This document shows, one piece after another, positions 59,717-64,000 of a DNA stretch of 64,000 nt. Below the pieces are notes generated by a model. That model made no database searches. It saw nothing but the letters and a program-made list of their open reading frames with translations, and was not told where the DNA came from. Source of the stretch: an uncultured Elusimicrobia bacterium. Its GTDB lineage: Bacteria; Elusimicrobiota; Elusimicrobia; 2-01-FULL-59-12. Numbering within the stretch: the stretch's first letter is position 1; every line of letters starts with the position of its first letter. The translations under genes and the position numbers were made by a program. Location: assembly GCA_963702895.1 (NCBI GenBank), contig OY969767.1, positions 1,216,001 through 1,280,000 of the forward strand, given 5' to 3'.

Positions 59717-60970
59717 TTACTCTTCGGATCGGGTGATGTTTGCTCCGAGTGAAGTAAGTTTTCTTTCCAGATCTTCATAACCGCGGTCTAAGTGATAGAG
59801 CCGGTGAATGACCGTTCGTCCCTTCGCCGCTAAAGCAGCCAGGACCAAGGCGGCGCCAGCGCGCAAATCAGAAACCATCACGTCAGCGCCAGAGAGCGAA
59901 TCAACACCCTGGATGGTCGCCGTGTTTCCCTTTGCCTGGATCTTCGCACCCATGCGCTGAAGTTCTGGCACATGCATAAATCGGTTCTCAAAGACCTGCT
60001 CCGTGACCTGCGAGACACCCTCCGCCAAGGACATCAGGGCCATCCACTGCGCCTGCAAATCGGTTGGAAATCCCGGATGGACAGCCGTTTCGACGCTGAC
60101 GGCGCGAATGGTTTTGGGTCCCAGGACACGGATCGAGTCGCCGGCGTCTTCGATCGAGGCACCGGCCTCTCTCATTTTGGCCATCAAGGCCACCAGATGC
60201 GAGGGACAGACCTGTCGAAGCCAGACATCACCTCGGGTCATGGCGGAGGCGATCATGTAGCTGCCGGTTTCAATTCGATCCGGGATGACTTCATGCGACG
60301 CACCCGAGAGGCGCTTCACGCCCTCGATCTGGATCCGTTCGGTCCCAGCACCACGTACTCGGGCTCCCATCGCGTTGAGGAATTCGGCCAGATCTTCGAT
60401 TTCCGGTTCACGTGCGGCGTTGTGGAGATCGGTTTGACCTTCGACAAGCGTGGCCGCCATCATGAGGTTCTCCGTCGCTCCCACACTCGGAAAATCGAGA
60501 TGGATGGCTGCGCTGTGCAAGCGTTGAGAAGAGACTTCCACATAGCCCTGTTCGAGCCCAACCTCAGCACCCAAACGCTTGAAGCCCTCAAGATGCAGGT
60601 TGATGGGGCGCCCACCAATGGCACAGCCACCGGGCAATGACGCCTTGACCTTGCCGAGACGGGCGAGCAGCGGCCCCATCACGACAATACTCGCCCGCAT
60701 TTTGCGCACCAGCTCGTACGGCGCCTCAGCGTAAAGCGTCGGCCCGGCGCTCACTTCGACCACTGGACCATTCCGGACCACATGCTTCCCGAGAAAAACA
60801 AGGAGGGCTATCACGGTCTCGATATCATCCAAACGGGGAACGTTCCGGATCACACACGGCTCGTCGGTTAAGAGCGTGGCAATCAAGATAGGCAGGGCTG
60901 CGTTTTTGGACCCTGAGACCGTGATTTCTCCCTGAAGCCTGTGGCCGCCTTCGATGGTGAATATATCCAT
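59717..60970 (-). CDS. murA: UDP-N-acetylglucosamine 1-carboxyvinyltransferase
   Basis: SGSKNA, MRAS, PGGCAIGGRP (active-site Cys), SVGATEN, EPE, PDRIE, PGFPTDLQ, DLRAGA, RGY. Confidence 0.98.
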   Translation of the reverse strand: MDIFTIEGGHRLQGEITVSGSKNAALPILIATLLTDEPCVIRNVPRLDDIETVIALLVFLGKHVVRNGPVVEVSAGPTLYAEAPYELVRKMRASIVVMGPLLARLGKVKASLPGGCAIGGRPINLHLEGFKRLGAEVGLEQGYVEVSSQRLHSAAIHLDFPSVGATENLMMAATLVEGQTDLHNAAREPEIEDLAEFLNAMGARVRGAGTERIQIEGVKRLSGASHEVIPDRIETGSYMIASAMTRGDVWLRQVCPSHLVALMAKMREAGASIEDAGDSIRVLGPKTIRAVSVETAVHPGFPTDLQAQWMALMSLAEGVSQVTEQVFENRFMHVPELQRMGAKIQAKGNTATIQGVDSLSGADVMVSDLRAGAALVLAALAAKGRTVIHRLYHLDRGYEDLERKLTSLGANITRSEE

Positions 60971-60973
60971 GGA

Positions 60974-61840
60974 TTATCCCTTTCCTCGGGCCACCACAAC
61001 GCGCGGCAGTCCTGCCAAGTCTTGATGGATGATGATATCGCGCCAATGACCTTCTTGTTCCAGGATCTGCCGCACGTCATCCGCTTGGTCAAAGCCAATC
61101 TCAAGGACGAGCGCCCCGCCAGGCTTCATCAGGAACTTGGCCTGCTGAATGCAGGGCTCGATCAGCCGGAGCCCATCAGGACCACCATCCAAGGCCATCG
61201 CCGGCTCCCATTGTACTTCGGGTTCCAACGTCGGTATGACGCTGGAACGGACATAAGGAAGATTGGCAGCAATGAGGTCAACCTTCAGGCCACTCTCTTT
61301 GAGACCGAAGAGCAAATCAGCGTGCCGCCACTCGATCGGGATGCGTGTGCCGATATGCGCCGCATTTTGCCTCGCCACAAGCAGAGCTTCTGCGGACTTT
61401 TCGATGGCCATCACACGCTTTAACGTTGCATGGCCCGAGAGAGCAACGGCAATATTGCCTGAGCCGGTCCCCACATCGATGACGGTCTCGGGACGGCCCA
61501 TTTGGCCCAGGAGCTCCAGGCCTTGTTCGACGAGTAATTCTGTCTCAGGTCGGGGCACCAGCACGGACGTCTGGACCTTCAGGCTCAAGTCACAGAAGGC
61601 TTGCTCCCCTGACACATAGGCGAGCGGCATTCGATCTTGGCGTTTTTTGACCCAGGCGCGTATGCCATCGCATTGGGCTTCAGACAGAAGGGTCTGTCGA
61701 TCAAGGACCAGCCTGGCGCGAGGAATACGCAAAAAGGCAGCAATCAGGAACTCCGATTCCCGCCTTGGCTGATCGATCTTGGCCCGCGAGAGCGCGCGTT
61801 CGGAGAGCGTAATCATGGAGGCGACCGTTGTCATGGTCAC
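60974..61840 (-). CDS. prmC: Release factor glutamine methyltransferase
   Basis: PLAY..G, VLVPRPETE, DVGTGSG, ANLPY, EP..ALDGG.DGL, LEIG..Q, DLAG..R. Confidence 0.95.
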   Translation of the reverse strand: MTMTTVASMITLSERALSRAKIDQPRRESEFLIAAFLRIPRARLVLDRQTLLSEAQCDGIRAWVKKRQDRMPLAYVSGEQAFCDLSLKVQTSVLVPRPETELLVEQGLELLGQMGRPETVIDVGTGSGNIAVALSGHATLKRVMAIEKSAEALLVARQNAAHIGTRIPIEWRHADLLFGLKESGLKVDLIAANLPYVRSSVIPTLEPEVQWEPAMALDGGPDGLRLIEPCIQQAKFLMKPGGALVLEIGFDQADDVRQILEQEGHWRDIIIHQDLAGLPRVVVARGKG

Positions 61841-62922
61841 GGATGATCTCGGGTCGCGAGCTCTGTCAAAAGGCGTTCTTCTTCCCGCTTCTGGAGTTCC
61901 TGAATGAGGGGATCCAGACGACCTTCCATAACGGCAGGTAAATTATGAAGATTAAAGTTAATGCGATGATCCGTAATGCGGTCCTGAGGGAAGTTATAGG
62001 TCCGGATCTTTTCAGACCGGTCCCCCGTACCGACCTGATTACGTCGGTTTTGTGAGATGTCCTGAGCTTGCTTCTCCTGGACTTGAGCCAGGAGCTTGGA
62101 GCGCAAAAGTTTCATCGCCTTGACGCGGTTTTTTCCTTGACTGCGCTCGTCCTGACAGGCCACCACGATACCACTGGGAATATGGGTAATACGGATGGCG
62201 CTCTCGGTCTTGTTCACATGCTGGCCACCCGCACCTGAGGCTCGATAGGTATCGATGCGCAGCTCCGAGGGATCGATGCGAACATCCACGTCCTCTGCTT
62301 CAGGCAGGACGGCGACGGTGGCGGTACTCGTATGGATACGGCCGCTGGCCTCCGTGACCGGCACACGTTGGACTCTGTGGACGCCACGTTCATACTTGAA
62401 TGACGACCAAACACCAGCACCTGAGATCTGGACCACGACTTCTTTGATCCCGCCACGCTCGGAAACGCTGGAGTCCATGGGTTCCACAACCCAGCCATGC
62501 GCTTCCGCAAAACGAGTGTACATTCGCAAGAGGTCCGAGGCGAACAACCCCGCCTCATCCCCGCCGGCGCCCGCTCTGATTTCGAGAATGATATTTCGCT
62601 CTTGATTGGGATCTTTGGGCACCAGAGCGAGTTGGAGAGTCTTCTCAAGTTCAAGGCGTTCCGCCTCCAATCGAGGGAGCTCCTCAGCAGCGAGATGCTG
62701 GAGATCGGTGTCCTGGGTCTTGAGGAGACCCAGAAGGTCATCTTGTTCCTGGAGACACTTTCTGTAGCGTTTGAATTTTTCGATGAGAGGCGCAAGGCGG
62801 GCATGCTCACGACTCAGGCTCTGGAGTTTGTCGGGATTGCCCGAGACTTCAGCTGAGGCGAGCTCCTGTTCGATGTGCGCCAGGCGATTTTTTAGGTTTT
62901 CAAGCGGTTTAATCAGATCCAT
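61837..62922 (-). CDS. prfA: Peptide chain release factor 1
   Basis: EIRAGAGG.EA, HRVQRVPVTE (PxT), GAGGQHVN, DRSEKIRTYN.PQ. Start 62922. Confidence 0.98.
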   Translation of the reverse strand: MDLIKPLENLKNRLAHIEQELASAEVSGNPDKLQSLSREHARLAPLIEKFKRYRKCLQEQDDLLGLLKTQDTDLQHLAAEELPRLEAERLELEKTLQLALVPKDPNQERNIILEIRAGAGGDEAGLFASDLLRMYTRFAEAHGWVVEPMDSSVSERGGIKEVVVQISGAGVWSSFKYERGVHRVQRVPVTEASGRIHTSTATVAVLPEAEDVDVRIDPSELRIDTYRASGAGGQHVNKTESAIRITHIPSGIVVACQDERSQGKNRVKAMKLLRSKLLAQVQEKQAQDISQNRRNQVGTGDRSEKIRTYNFPQDRITDHRINFNLHNLPAVMEGRLDPLIQELQKREEERLLTELATRDHP

Positions 62923-62936
62923 AAGCCCCCCCAAAT

Positions 62937-62968
62937 AAAAAAAACAGCCCCTGGAGGACCAGGAGCTG
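62937..62968 (-). terminator. Intrinsic terminator between rpmE and prfA
   Basis: Minus strand CAGCTCCTGG-TCCT-CCAGGGGCTG followed by T8. Confidence 0.8.
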
Positions 62969-62986
62969 CTTCGGACAAAATATCAG

Positions 62987-63352
62987 CTAATGAGCTTTCG
63001 TCGTGGCGGGCTTGGCCGTGACTTTTGAGGCGGCACCTGGCGCGGATTTGGCTTTGACGGGCGCTGAACTCAGAATTTTCACATTCTTTTTCGGAGCCGC
63101 TTTTTGGCCTTTGGCCACGACATGGGTCTTCTTGGACTTCACTGTTTCTCCACCGGTTTTCGCAAATCGCTTCTGGAAGCGCTCCACTCGCCCTGCGGTA
63201 TCGACAAATTTCTGGCGACCGGTAAAGAAGGGATGACAATTCGAGCAGATTTCCAATTTGATGATGGAGCGTGTCGAGCGTGTAACAAATGAGTTGCCGC
63301 AAGCACAAGTGACTGTGCATTCCACATAATCCGGATGGATGCCTGTTTTCAC
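62987..63352 (-). CDS. rpmE: 50S ribosomal protein L31 (zinc-binding type) with a long basic C-terminal tail
   Basis: [38 protein letters not shown] start with a GAGGA RBS. Confidence 0.96.
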   Translation of the reverse strand: MKTGIHPDYVECTVTCACGNSFVTRSTRSIIKLEICSNCHPFFTGRQKFVDTAGRVERFQKRFAKTGGETVKSKKTHVVAKGQKAAPKKNVKILSSAPVKAKSAPGAASKVTAKPATTKAH

Positions 63353-63431
63353 GTCGAATTCCTCTTTCACTGATGTGGCGGAGACACCGCCTATTTCGTA
63401 CGACGCCAGATGGGGTCGTTCTCAGGCGTGG

Positions 63432-63440
63432 ATTATAACA
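63432..63440 (-). promoter_or_regulatory. Extended -10 promoter for rpmE
   Basis: TGTTATAAT directly after the upstream stop codon. Confidence 0.65.
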
Positions 63441-63442
63441 AA

Positions 63443-64000
63443 TTACAAATAGTTGTTCGGATTAGCGGCTCGGCCTGATTCGTCGCGGACTTCAAAGTGA
63501 AGATGCGACCCCGTGGTCATCCCCGTGGAACCTACTCGGCCGATGAGTTGGTAGAGACGCACCCGCTGGCCTTGCTGAACAAGGATATCGGAGAGATGAC
63601 CGTAACGGGTGTAGAGGACCCGTGTGCCAGATTTGCGCTTAATGACATGGCGAATCTCAATCATATTGCCGTAGCTGCCCAGCCATCCTGCAAAGGTGAC
63701 GGTTCCTTCCCTGGCGGTGAGCACGGGGCTGCCATACGGCTTCGCTAAATCGACTCCGGAATGCATCCGCCGGGTCTGCAGGACGGGATGCCGCCGAGAT
63801 CCATAGGAGGAGGTCCGACGAAAGTGCATGTCCCGAAAGGGGAGCCCGAGGCCCGTTGGTTTAAAGGCGAGCGGCAGAAATAGGCAGGTCCCTGGTTTAA
63901 AACAGAACGTTGGATCTTTGAAATCCGGCTGTGGGAAGTCATTGGCTTGAAGGATCTCCGACTCGTAGGCCGCGCCGAGCGTTTTCCCCCGGGAGTAACC
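63443..64000 (-). CDS. M23 family peptidase, C-terminal part (5' end beyond the window; possible LysM-like segment)
   Basis: Frame is open to 64000 (…EILQAND…KPGTCLFLP…); HSGVD, YGN...IRH, YGHL, GSTGMTTGSHLHFEV. Confidence 0.9.
   Translation of the reverse strand, partial: GYSRGKTLGAAYESEILQANDFPQPDFKDPTFCFKPGTCLFLPLAFKPTGLGLPFRDMHFRRTSSYGSRRHPVLQTRRMHSGVDLAKPYGSPVLTAREGTVTFAGWLGSYGNMIEIRHVIKRKSGTRVLYTRYGHLSDILVQQGQRVRLYQLIGRVGSTGMTTGSHLHFEVRDESGRAANPNNYL

Overview
Bacterial chromosomal window, almost all on the minus strand, from a diderm organism (it encodes an LptD-like protein). Taxon cannot be fixed from the sequence alone. From 64 kb to 43.5 kb is a tightly coupled housekeeping run: M23 peptidase, rpmE-prfA-prmC-murA-hisD-hisH-hisA-hisF-hisI-lepB-trpEGDCFBA-accD-folC-ROK kinase-lptD. 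From 42 kb to the left edge is a large surface-glycan locus. It holds rmlACBD, a WbpP-like epimerase, ugd, uxs, a DegT aminotransferase, gmd-fcl, GT2/GT-C genes and an EPS-type MarR regulator. It then has a complete pseudaminic-acid-type pathway (pseBCFGHI, a methylase and a WbuX/HisH/HisF amidotransferase trio) and two further ulosonic-acid-like modules with transferases and an ABC flippase. The most unusual part is 32.7-34.2 kb. A gene for a membrane-anchored winged-helix protein is followed directly by an array of nine TGAATAGGT boxes, mostly spaced 11 bp apart, and then by a ~500-nt nested-palindrome element made of two inverted, homologous domains. Other notable items: a MITE inserted in frame in the lptD 5' region, a palindromic bidirectional -10 element between rmlA and an ArnT-like gene, an in-frame amber stop splitting a GT-C gene, and a G9 tract in a fused glycosyltransferase. 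No rRNA, tRNA, CRISPR array or transposase was recognised.
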